Part shown: one piece after another, positions 16,986-24,418 of the stretch | How positions within the stretch are numbered: position 1 is the first letter of the stretch | Layout: every line of letters begins with the position of its first letter | Source: a candidate division WWE3 bacterium CSP1-7 | GTDB lineage: Bacteria > Patescibacteriota > WWE3 > 9FT-COMBO-53-11 | Assembly: GCA_001443395.1 (NCBI GenBank) | Contig: LDXK01000005.1 | Location: forward strand, 1-35,968 | Direction: 5' to 3' | DNA: 35,968 nt | The notes under the pieces: model-generated | Database searches by the model: none | Told to the model about the DNA's origin: nothing | Seen by the model: only the letters and a program-made list of their open reading frames with translations | Program-made: the position numbers and the translations under genes

Positions 16986-17408
16986 TTATTCGACGTCAAT
17001 CCCCATGCTGCGCGCCTGGCCCTCGATGATCTTGACGGCGGTTTCGATGTCCTTCGCGTTCAGGTCCACCATTTTCTGCTCGGCGATCTCCCGCGCCTGT
17101 TGGCGGGTGATTTTGCCGGCCTTCTCTTTCGGAGTGACGCCCGAACCCTTCTCTACCCCCGCCGCTTTCTTAATCAGGGTCGCCGTGGGTGAAGTCTTGG
17201 TCACGAAAGTGAAGGTGCGGTCCTCGTAGATCGTCACCACCGCCGGGATGACCTGACCTCTCAAACCGGCCGTCTTCTCGTTGTAGGCCTTGCAGAACTC
17301 CATGATCGCCACCCCGTACTGGCCCAAAGAGGAACCCACCGGCGGGGCGGGGGTGGCCTCTCCGGCCGGAAGGTTTAGTTTTAGCGTTGCTTTAACTTTT
17401 TTTGCCAT
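16986..17408 (-). CDS. rplK: 50S ribosomal protein L11
   Basis: [23 protein letters not shown]. Confidence 0.98.
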   Translation of the reverse strand: MAKKVKATLKLNLPAGEATPAPPVGSSLGQYGVAIMEFCKAYNEKTAGLRGQVIPAVVTIYEDRTFTFVTKTSPTATLIKKAAGVEKGSGVTPKEKAGKITRQQAREIAEQKMVDLNAKDIETAVKIIEGQARSMGIDVE

Positions 17409-17935
17409 TAGAGTCTACTGACTTGAAGGAAATCTAGCTCAATAGGAGTTTCACGGCCGAAAACGGAGACCAGCACTTTAACTTTCCCTTTTTCCTCATC
17501 GATTTCGTCCACCTTGCCCAGGAAGTCCGTGAACGGCCCATCAATCACCTTGACAGTTTCGCCCACTTTGAACTTGAGCTCAAACTTGGGCGCCTCCAGC
17601 TTGGTGAACTTCAGGATTGCATCGACCTCGTGTGCCGGCAGGGGCGTCGGTTTCGCTCCTGCGCCCACAAATCCGGTCACACCGGTGGTGTTGCGCACCG
17701 CTCCCCAGGTTTCATCGGTGAGCATCATCCGCACCATCACGTAACCCGGAAAAAGCCGCTCCCGAATGGTTTTCTTCTTGCCGGCATCAATTACGATCTT
17801 CTCCTGGGTCGGCACGAGAATATCGGTGATCTGTTCTTTGAGGCCGAAGGCCTCCAGCCGCTGTTTCAGGGCGTCCGCTACCTTCTGTTCGTGTCCCGAG
17901 TATGTGTGAACAACGTACCACTGCAGTTCAACCAT
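17408..17935 (-). CDS. nusG: Transcription factor NusG
   Basis: [25 protein letters not shown] domain, FGRETP. Confidence 0.98.
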   Translation of the reverse strand: MVELQWYVVHTYSGHEQKVADALKQRLEAFGLKEQITDILVPTQEKIVIDAGKKKTIRERLFPGYVMVRMMLTDETWGAVRNTTGVTGFVGAGAKPTPLPAHEVDAILKFTKLEAPKFELKFKVGETVKVIDGPFTDFLGKVDEIDEEKGKVKVLVSVFGRETPIELDFLQVSRL

Positions 17936-18120
17936 TATTTTGATACCAAGAAATTCAACATCCGGCTAAAAACATAGTCCAGTAACGCCGCAAAACCGGC
18001 CACCCCAAAGGTGATTGCCAACACCGTTAATGTGAGCCGGACGGCCTGTTTTCTGGTGGGCCAAACCACGTTCTTCAGTTCTGCCCAAGATTCTCTCAAG
18101 AAACCAAAAATTTTTCCCAT
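17935..18120 (-). CDS. secE: Preprotein translocase subunit SecE
   Basis: ELKNVVWPTRK plus one TM segment; directly upstream of nusG. Confidence 0.95.
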   Translation of the reverse strand: MGKIFGFLRESWAELKNVVWPTRKQAVRLTLTVLAITFGVAGFAALLDYVFSRMLNFLVSK

Positions 18121-18169
18121 CTAAATAAAAAAGACTCTTTGCGCAAGCCGTCAAGAGTCGACTGTTGAG

Positions 18170-18198
18170 AGTTTAACGCGAATGACGGCAAGAGTCAA
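18170..18198 (-). promoter_or_regulatory. Sigma70-type promoter of the secE-nusG-rpl operon
   Basis: TTGACT-17 nt-TAAACT. Confidence 0.7.
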
Positions 18199-18200
18199 TA

Positions 18201-18254
18201 GGACGCTCGCCTTAGGCGAGCTATCTATTGTTAGCGATCTTCGATCGCGTCCAA
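18201..18254. repeat. Inverted doublet of beta-module hairpin elements
   Basis: GGAC-gctcgcc-tta-ggcgagc-TA then TA-gcgatc-ttc-gatcgc-GTCCAA; the second is nearly identical to 8836-8858. Confidence 0.75.
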
Positions 18255-18305
18255 TAGTCACCCGTGTCCAATTGTGTTAAGGGAACGTGAGCCTGCGCGA
18301 ACACC

Positions 18306-19199
18306 TTATCCAATCGTTTCCAAAATACAATTGCGGAAGAACTTCTCACCCCTTAGAACCGGCAGCCCCAAATTGCCGAAATTCTGGAGAATCTTTTCCA
18401 CCCCAAAAAGAATCTCGAAATCACTATCCTCCAGACCAACCTGGGCGCGGAATTCAGCCAGAAAATCCCTCTGCCAAGCCGGGTGTTGGAAGGAGCGGAT
18501 CCAAAGATTCGCGAAGTCGCGCAGGGGATGCCCCCACCCGACGTTCTCCCAATCGGCCAGTTTGAAGCTTGCGTTAGACGATAGTATCTGCGAACCGTAA
18601 AATTCGTGGTGGGCGATCGTCGCTTTATTGAGGCGATTGTAGGCCGGTTCAGCTCTGTCCAAGAAATCGATGATCTTTTCCCAAACCTCATTTTCAAAAA
18701 ATTTTCGGCCCTGCGGCTCCAAAAGTTGGCGGTAAGATGAGAGATCGTAGGCGGTCTTGTCTAGGTCAAACCTAAGTGCGTTCGGCAGTTCCGATGAGAA
18801 CCGGCGCAGGCCTCCCAAAACTTTCAAAACCCACTCCAAATTATCGGGAGTAAAGAATGTATCCAACATCAGGAAATCACTGGATTCTGAGCATTGCGGT
18901 TTACCGGGATTAACCCACTCGATCAGATACCAAGATCGCCCCTCCCAAACACCGTCGCTGTAGAGAGTCGGGAGGTGCAGAGAGAGATATTCGGGAGCGT
19001 CCTTTAGGAACGTCGCTTCGCGGTGAAGATGCTCGTCCAGCAGGGTTTGTTTATGCTTCTTTTCTTTTTCAAAGGGGGTTTTGAAAACCGCTTTTTTACC
19101 ATCAAAGTCTCCCCCCACTACCCAAACTCGGGGACCCTCTCGAAAAGCCTTCTGCGGTCTAAAATCTATATTTTTGAAAAGCTCTTTAAACTCATCCAC
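18306..19199 (-). CDS. APH/choline-kinase-like phosphotransferase fold protein with a variant catalytic loop
   Basis: VFK, REATFL, P.LY, LIEWV, IAHHEFYGSQIL, LADWE..GWGHPLRDFA. Confidence 0.75.
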   Translation of the reverse strand: MDEFKELFKNIDFRPQKAFREGPRVWVVGGDFDGKKAVFKTPFEKEKKHKQTLLDEHLHREATFLKDAPEYLSLHLPTLYSDGVWEGRSWYLIEWVNPGKPQCSESSDFLMLDTFFTPDNLEWVLKVLGGLRRFSSELPNALRFDLDKTAYDLSSYRQLLEPQGRKFFENEVWEKIIDFLDRAEPAYNRLNKATIAHHEFYGSQILSSNASFKLADWENVGWGHPLRDFANLWIRSFQHPAWQRDFLAEFRAQVGLEDSDFEILFGVEKILQNFGNLGLPVLRGEKFFRNCILETIG

Positions 19200-19218
19200 G
19201 GCTTCAGTCTAGTGTATG

Positions 19219-20544
19219 TCAGAGATATCTTTCGAGCTCTTTAATGCGGTCGCGCAGCAGGGCGGCTCGCTCAAACTCGCGGTTGCCGGTCACTTCTTTC
19301 AGCTCTTCTTCCAAGTGAGAGACCATCTTCTTGATCTCTTCTTTTGGCAAACCAGGGAGAGAGGCGTCGGTGTGCATCCGCAACTCCTCGTCCTCGCTCT
19401 GTGCCAACTCCTCCACCTTTCCGCTTCTCTGCCAAGCAAAGCCGGTCGTGATGATCGAGTAGTAGAGTTCTTGTGCCTTTCTCTTACTTTCTTCTGCAGC
19501 GTCGGGGGTTGCCAATACCGCCTCCTTCAGTTCAAACGCCCCTCTTTCGATCATCTCCAACGACCACCAGGGCCGGGCCGAGGCCCACCAGAACTGGTCG
19601 GAATGGATTGCCCGATCCAGCATCTCCCGGGCCTTCCCCGGATCTTTCGAGTCTCGAACCGCCTTAATCGCCAGCTCGGTCAGCTCCCACTGCATCTTAT
19701 GGATCTCATTATCCGGGTCATCCCAACGCGCAAAGGGTACCTTTTTCTCCAGATCCTTCTCCATCAGCGCCCAAGTGGAAGGCCGCGGTTCCACCCTCTC
19801 CACCTGCGGGAACTTCTCCGGAAGTTCAGAGATGAGAACGGTCGGGACGGATTCGAGGGAGAGAAGCTCCATCAACGCCCGATCCATTCCGGGGCGATGA
19901 TGACCAAAAGTCTCCCCGTCCATTCCGGTTAAAAGATATTCGTTCTTTTGCAACCGGTCCCCCAGCACATCTAAAAAGAGCTTCCCCGTTCCCAGCTGGC
20001 CGGAGAGAATCTTGTAAGAGGTCTCTCGCTCCCGGAAGAATAGGGTGACTCCGGTTTCCTGCTCCTGGTAAATCCGGTCGTACTGGACCTTCCCGGGACA
20101 ACTCAATTCCTCGGCGATGATCCAGGAAAAGCCCATCTCCTTCGCCGCTTTTGCGACCACCGCATCGTAAGCCATCTCGGGAGGAAAGAAACCTTGGGGC
20201 TGATATTCTCCGAAGTATTTCTTAATGGTCAGGGCATTGAGCTCGATCTGGCGCTTGATTTCATCTTCGGGGATTTTCGGCAAGAGGGGGTGGTACTTGG
20301 CCGAACCGGTCAGTTCAATCTGCTTTTTATCAAGTAATTGCCCCACCATCTCGATCACATCTTTGTGGCCAAATTCTTCCCAAAGATCCAACAGAACCCC
20401 GTTGATATTGAAAGTGATCCGCGCAGACGGATGATCCAACAGCCCTTTCAGCACCGGCCGATAGGCCTCGGTGGTGATCCGGTCCACCCAAACTCTTTTC
20501 TGGGTCGGCGGCTGGTAGAAGTGTAAGAAGTTTGCCCAAAGCAT
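19219..20544 (-). CDS. Glycoside hydrolase family 57 protein with a C-terminal UVR coiled coil
   Basis: LHFYQPP, YHPLLP, GFFPPEMAY, DGETFGHH, SDQFWW; tail EFERAALLRDRIKELE. Confidence 0.9.
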   Translation of the reverse strand: MLWANFLHFYQPPTQKRVWVDRITTEAYRPVLKGLLDHPSARITFNINGVLLDLWEEFGHKDVIEMVGQLLDKKQIELTGSAKYHPLLPKIPEDEIKRQIELNALTIKKYFGEYQPQGFFPPEMAYDAVVAKAAKEMGFSWIIAEELSCPGKVQYDRIYQEQETGVTLFFRERETSYKILSGQLGTGKLFLDVLGDRLQKNEYLLTGMDGETFGHHRPGMDRALMELLSLESVPTVLISELPEKFPQVERVEPRPSTWALMEKDLEKKVPFARWDDPDNEIHKMQWELTELAIKAVRDSKDPGKAREMLDRAIHSDQFWWASARPWWSLEMIERGAFELKEAVLATPDAAEESKRKAQELYYSIITTGFAWQRSGKVEELAQSEDEELRMHTDASLPGLPKEEIKKMVSHLEEELKEVTGNREFERAALLRDRIKELERYL

Positions 20545-20606
20545 TGCTACTGAAGTATAACCAATTTTGCACTAAACTGATATAAAAGAAAGTATCCGAT
20601 AGTTCC

Positions 20607-20634
20607 TTGACAATAACGCGGGGGGTGGTAAAAT
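20607..20634 (+). promoter_or_regulatory. Sigma70-type promoter of the precursor/radical SAM locus
   Basis: TTGACA-16 nt-TAAAAT with a TG extension. Confidence 0.65.
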
Positions 20635-20673
20635 TTCAGCTAGAACTAAAACAGAGGAAAGGAGGGTCCTGCC

Positions 20674-20868
20674 GTGGCTTCTGGAACTGGAGCGACTGTG
20701 GTTTGCGCACCGGAACCGGGGACTGTCCCGGGCCTGCGTATTTTGGCACGCGAGAAGGAAGTTCTTCAGCGCCGTCAAGCAGCTGTCGATACCGCTTACG
20801 GCAACTACGAAGACGTTGACCACCCTTACGACAACTACGACAACGGCCTTTACCACGACGCCAAGTAA
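20674..20868 (+). CDS. Putative RiPP precursor peptide with five Tyr-X-Asp/Asn motifs
   Basis: AGGAGG 8 nt before GTG; core YGNYEDVDHPYDNYDNGLYHDAK; directly upstream of a radical SAM/SPASM gene. Confidence 0.8.
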   Translation: MASGTGATVVCAPEPGTVPGLRILAREKEVLQRRQAAVDTAYGNYEDVDHPYDNYDNGLYHDAK

Positions 20869-20872
20869 TCTC

Positions 20873-20908
20873 AGGGGTGCTTCGCATTCTGTGCAGGCAC
20901 CCCTTTTT
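20873..20908 (+). terminator. Intergenic hairpin / leaky terminator between precursor and maturase
   Basis: aggggtgc/gcacccct stem plus tttt. Confidence 0.65.
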
Positions 20909-20937
20909 CAAACCTGCAAAAGAAAGGAGAGAGCATA

Positions 20938-22044
20938 GTGAGTACCAAAACGGTAATCGTTAAACCGGTTTCCTCACGTTGTAATATTCGCTGCTTCTAT
21001 TGCTACAACGCTACGGAGTTCAGGAAACACGATCGAATTCCGATGATGTCCGTTGAGCTGATGGGGCAGATTCATGAGAAGCTGCCTGAATTTGGGGTTG
21101 ACGATGTCACCCTCATTTGGCACGGTGGAGAACCACTCATCAGGGGCTTGGCCTTCTACGAAGCTGTTGTTTCGATTCAGAAGCACCTTCGGCAGAGGTT
21201 CCCAAACCTGCGCATCGTGAACAACGTTCAGACCAACGCCACCCTAATGACGGAGGAGTGGGCACGTTTCTTCGCCACCAACGGTTGGCGGGTGGCGACA
21301 AGTCTAGATGGACCGGAAGGTCTGCACAACACCTTTCGGGTAGATGCGAAAGGAAGAGGCACATTCGACCGGGTCATGGCAGGAATCAGATGCGCCCAAG
21401 CCGCCGGAGTTTCGATCGGCTTCATCGCAGTGGTGACGTCCGAAACTCTGAAGTACTCGCCGAAAGAACTCTACGACTTCTGGACGTCTGTTTCTCCCCA
21501 CTTCGCGGTCTCGCCTTGTTGGGAAGCTTCCATAAACGGCGTAAGTCCTCGGTACGTCGTCGATCCTCAAGGGTACCTAGCGTTCCTCAAGGCGCTGTTC
21601 GACATATGGTGGAAAAACGATGACTCCGAGGTGACCATCCGGCCATTCAACGGCTTGATCCAGGCTATCTTGGGCGGCTGTGGGCCAACATGCGCCTACA
21701 ACGGGAGCTGCAGTGACTTCCTATCGGTAGAGGCCGATGGCAGCGTCTACCCGTGCGGAAAGTTCGCGGGAGTTTCAGAGCTCCAGCTAGGTAACATCTC
21801 CAAACAGTCATTCCCAGCCATCAACTGCTCTCGGGTTCGTCAGGATCATCTGACAATCGCGGGCTTCAGACCCGAGGAGTGCCGAAGCTGTCGATGGCTT
21901 AAGGTATGTAACAACGGATGCCCCTACGATCGGTACAGGAGCAATGGAGAGTTCGAAGCGCTCTCGCCTTTTTGCACCGTGCGCAAGGGGATCTTCGAGT
22001 ACGTGGATACCGCGATCCGTAAGACCGCGGAATGGACAAAGTGA
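20938..22044 (+). CDS. Radical SAM/SPASM protein, candidate peptide maturase (cyclophane-forming type)
   Basis: CNIRCFYC, IWHGGEPL, QTNATL, SLDGP..LHN..R; SPASM cysteines C..GSVYPC..CRSCRWLKVCNNGCP..C; SD aaaggag. Confidence 0.9.
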   Translation: MSTKTVIVKPVSSRCNIRCFYCYNATEFRKHDRIPMMSVELMGQIHEKLPEFGVDDVTLIWHGGEPLIRGLAFYEAVVSIQKHLRQRFPNLRIVNNVQTNATLMTEEWARFFATNGWRVATSLDGPEGLHNTFRVDAKGRGTFDRVMAGIRCAQAAGVSIGFIAVVTSETLKYSPKELYDFWTSVSPHFAVSPCWEASINGVSPRYVVDPQGYLAFLKALFDIWWKNDDSEVTIRPFNGLIQAILGGCGPTCAYNGSCSDFLSVEADGSVYPCGKFAGVSELQLGNISKQSFPAINCSRVRQDHLTIAGFRPEECRSCRWLKVCNNGCPYDRYRSNGEFEALSPFCTVRKGIFEYVDTAIRKTAEWTK

Positions 22045-22045
22045 G

Positions 22046-22092
22046 GGGCTGGATGTATCCTTTAAGTCAGAGGATGCTCCGGCCCTTTTTTT
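22046..22092 (+). terminator. Intrinsic terminator after the radical SAM gene
   Basis: gggctgga...tccggccc stem plus T7. Confidence 0.7.
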
Positions 22093-22647
22093 ATGGAAGA
22101 AATTAAAAAATACCTTAAGCACGGGAAGCAGACGATCCCATCCGATAAAATTACTAAATTAGCAAACGCTGTACCCGGCGACGGCTTCGATTTTGTCGTT
22201 GGGACACTAGATTGGCTCGACAAAAATCTAAGAGTAGAGAGGAACCGTCCCGATTGGGACAAAACATTTCACAAACGGACCGCTGCTCAAATTGTCGATG
22301 ATGGCTTTTCTACCGGCTGTACGGACGTAGCGCTGGTTTTTGTGTCTCTATGCCGGACAAAATCTATTCCGACAAAATACGTGGAAGCAATCGGAAAAGA
22401 CTGGTTGGAAGATCGGTACAAAGAAGGTAGAATCCACGGTCACGCCTTTGCTGAAGTCTACCTGAATGACAGGTGGTATGTTGTTGATCCGGAAATGGGA
22501 ACAATCTACGTCGCGAGCACCCCTTACCGATTCTTCGAGATTTACGGCACCGGATTGGATACTTGGGATGTGGGGCTGCACTCTTTCGAAGAAATGCGGG
22601 ACAAATTTTTAGATTTCAAGAAGAATTACGAATCTACCCATCTTTAA
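22093..22647 (+). CDS. Transglutaminase-like (Cys-His-Asp) protein
   Basis: GCTDVALVFVSLCRTKSIPT, HGHAFAEVY, WYVVDP. Confidence 0.85.
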   Translation: MEEIKKYLKHGKQTIPSDKITKLANAVPGDGFDFVVGTLDWLDKNLRVERNRPDWDKTFHKRTAAQIVDDGFSTGCTDVALVFVSLCRTKSIPTKYVEAIGKDWLEDRYKEGRIHGHAFAEVYLNDRWYVVDPEMGTIYVASTPYRFFEIYGTGLDTWDVGLHSFEEMRDKFLDFKKNYESTHL

Positions 22648-22665
22648 CAATTATCGCTGAAGCTC

Positions 22666-23181
22666 TTATTTCTGTTCTTGCCATAATTCAATCGCATCCC
22701 GAAACATCGCCGCGCCGGTTTTTCCCCATTTGGCGTGTTCAATAGCTTCATCTACGGAAACGAACATGCGGGGGTTGGTAATCCCGGTATCCGGATCCGG
22801 CGTCTGAGCGAGCAATCGATCTAGTAAGCAGACGTAACGGTACTGGAAGTACAACTCCCCCTCCTCTTTGTTTGGATTGTTGGGATAGTCGACGCGCTGG
22901 ACTCCCAGAGGAATAGCTTTTGAGATTGTGACATCGGCCTCTTCAAACAACTCCCTTTTGAGCGTCGCCAAACCGGTTTCACCTTCCTCCGGCGTGCCGC
23001 CGGGTATTTTCCATTTCCCCTCCTCCTGTATCAGTAAAACTTCTCCCTTATCGTTGAAGACGATTCCGTAAACCTGGAAGAATGGCTGGTAATTCTGAAA
23101 GTCATCAGTTCTGATCCAAGTTAGAGTAATATCTCCCGTTGGGGATTTAAGAATTGTTCTTGGGTAATTGCTTGGGTCCAT
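22666..23181 (-). CDS. NUDIX hydrolase
   Basis: WKIPGGTPEEGETGLATLKRELFEEAD Nudix box. Confidence 0.92.
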   Translation of the reverse strand: MDPSNYPRTILKSPTGDITLTWIRTDDFQNYQPFFQVYGIVFNDKGEVLLIQEEGKWKIPGGTPEEGETGLATLKRELFEEADVTISKAIPLGVQRVDYPNNPNKEEGELYFQYRYVCLLDRLLAQTPDPDTGITNPRMFVSVDEAIEHAKWGKTGAAMFRDAIELWQEQK

Positions 23182-23191
23182 GTTTCAAGCC

Positions 23192-24418
23192 TTAACCAAT
23201 AATCGGCTCGGTACCGTAGAGCTTAATCCCTTCCGTCGTAATTTCCTGATAAAGCTCCTTGGCGCGGGTCGCCTCCGATTCCGAAATTTCGGGCGTGGCT
23301 AAAATCGCTTTCAGCAGGAGATCCGCCCCACGTTCGACCATCGCCGGATGCCAGTGGGGATTGTGGGAGGCCCACCAGAACTGGTCGGAGTGCAGGCCCC
23401 TATCCAGAAGATCCCGTGCCTTGAGCCATTTCCGCTGGTCGGGGGTAAGATGGTCCCTTACCTTTCCTCCCAGCATCTTCGGAGGGATCTGGTGCACATA
23501 CCCCTCAACCACGGTCAGAGCGAGGCGATAGAGCTCCCACTGCTTTGGATGCAGAGGACTGCCGGGATGATCCCAGCGAGGGTAGATCGCCCCTTTCTTA
23601 CACTCGGCGTGGTTCGCCGCCCAGGTGGACTCCATCGGATCGTTCTCTTCTCCCTTGGGATAACGAGAGACCAGTTCGGAAATCGTGACGCTCTCGAATT
23701 TTCCGTACATTCCCTCCAAGATCTCGAAACCGTCCTTGTGGTGGTGGCCAAAAGTCTCTCCGTCCAAGGCGGTGAGGATAAAATCTGAATCCTTTAGCTC
23801 TTTCTTCGCCAACTCCTCAAACTCCGTGGCGTTTTGGACCTGTTTGAAGGCAATCGCCAAGGAGAGTTTCCGATTGCGGAAGAGAACCGCGAGATTCAGC
23901 TTGTCCAACCGGTAGACCTTATCAAAACTCAAGGGCTGGACCGAGGAGCAGGCATCCTCCACCAGAATCCATTCATATCCCAACTCCGCGACGGCGTCGC
24001 CGACCTTCTTGGAGTAGGCCATCTCGGGAGGAAAAAAACCCCGCGGTTTGTAGACCCCCCCGAAAAACTCCCTGTTAATCTCCTCGTTCAGCTGCACCTG
24101 TCGGCTGATTTCGGAGAAGGGAATCCGGGAGAGAAGGGGATGGTAGGCCGCCGAACCGGTCAACTCCACCTGTCCTTTCTCCGCTAGGCGCCGGAGACCA
24201 GCAAGGACATCTTCGTATCCGTGCTCCGCCAGCTGGGAGGTGAGAGAAGCATTGATATTGATGGTGGTTTTGGCGTGGGGGTTTCTCTCCAGAAAAGAAA
24301 CCAGCGGGACGTAGGATTCTTCGGCAATCTTCTTAAGGACCGCCGGAAGCTGGGTCGGGGGCTGGTAGAGGTGGAGGAAAGGGGCCCAGACCAGTGGTGA
24401 GCTCGTCGAATCCATCAT
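23192..24418 (-). CDS. Glycoside hydrolase family 57 protein
   Basis: LHLYQPP, YHPLL, GFFPPEMAY, DGETFGHH, SDQFWW; paralog of 19219-20544. Confidence 0.9.
   Translation of the reverse strand: MMDSTSSPLVWAPFLHLYQPPTQLPAVLKKIAEESYVPLVSFLERNPHAKTTININASLTSQLAEHGYEDVLAGLRRLAEKGQVELTGSAAYHPLLSRIPFSEISRQVQLNEEINREFFGGVYKPRGFFPPEMAYSKKVGDAVAELGYEWILVEDACSSVQPLSFDKVYRLDKLNLAVLFRNRKLSLAIAFKQVQNATEFEELAKKELKDSDFILTALDGETFGHHHKDGFEILEGMYGKFESVTISELVSRYPKGEENDPMESTWAANHAECKKGAIYPRWDHPGSPLHPKQWELYRLALTVVEGYVHQIPPKMLGGKVRDHLTPDQRKWLKARDLLDRGLHSDQFWWASHNPHWHPAMVERGADLLLKAILATPEISESEATRAKELYQEITTEGIKLYGTEPIIG

Noticed and set aside
20938-22044. Anaerobic sulfatase maturase
   Set aside because: Same superfamily, but no sulfatase is nearby and a motif-rich short peptide is co-transcribed upstream. 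Not fully excluded without a phylogeny.
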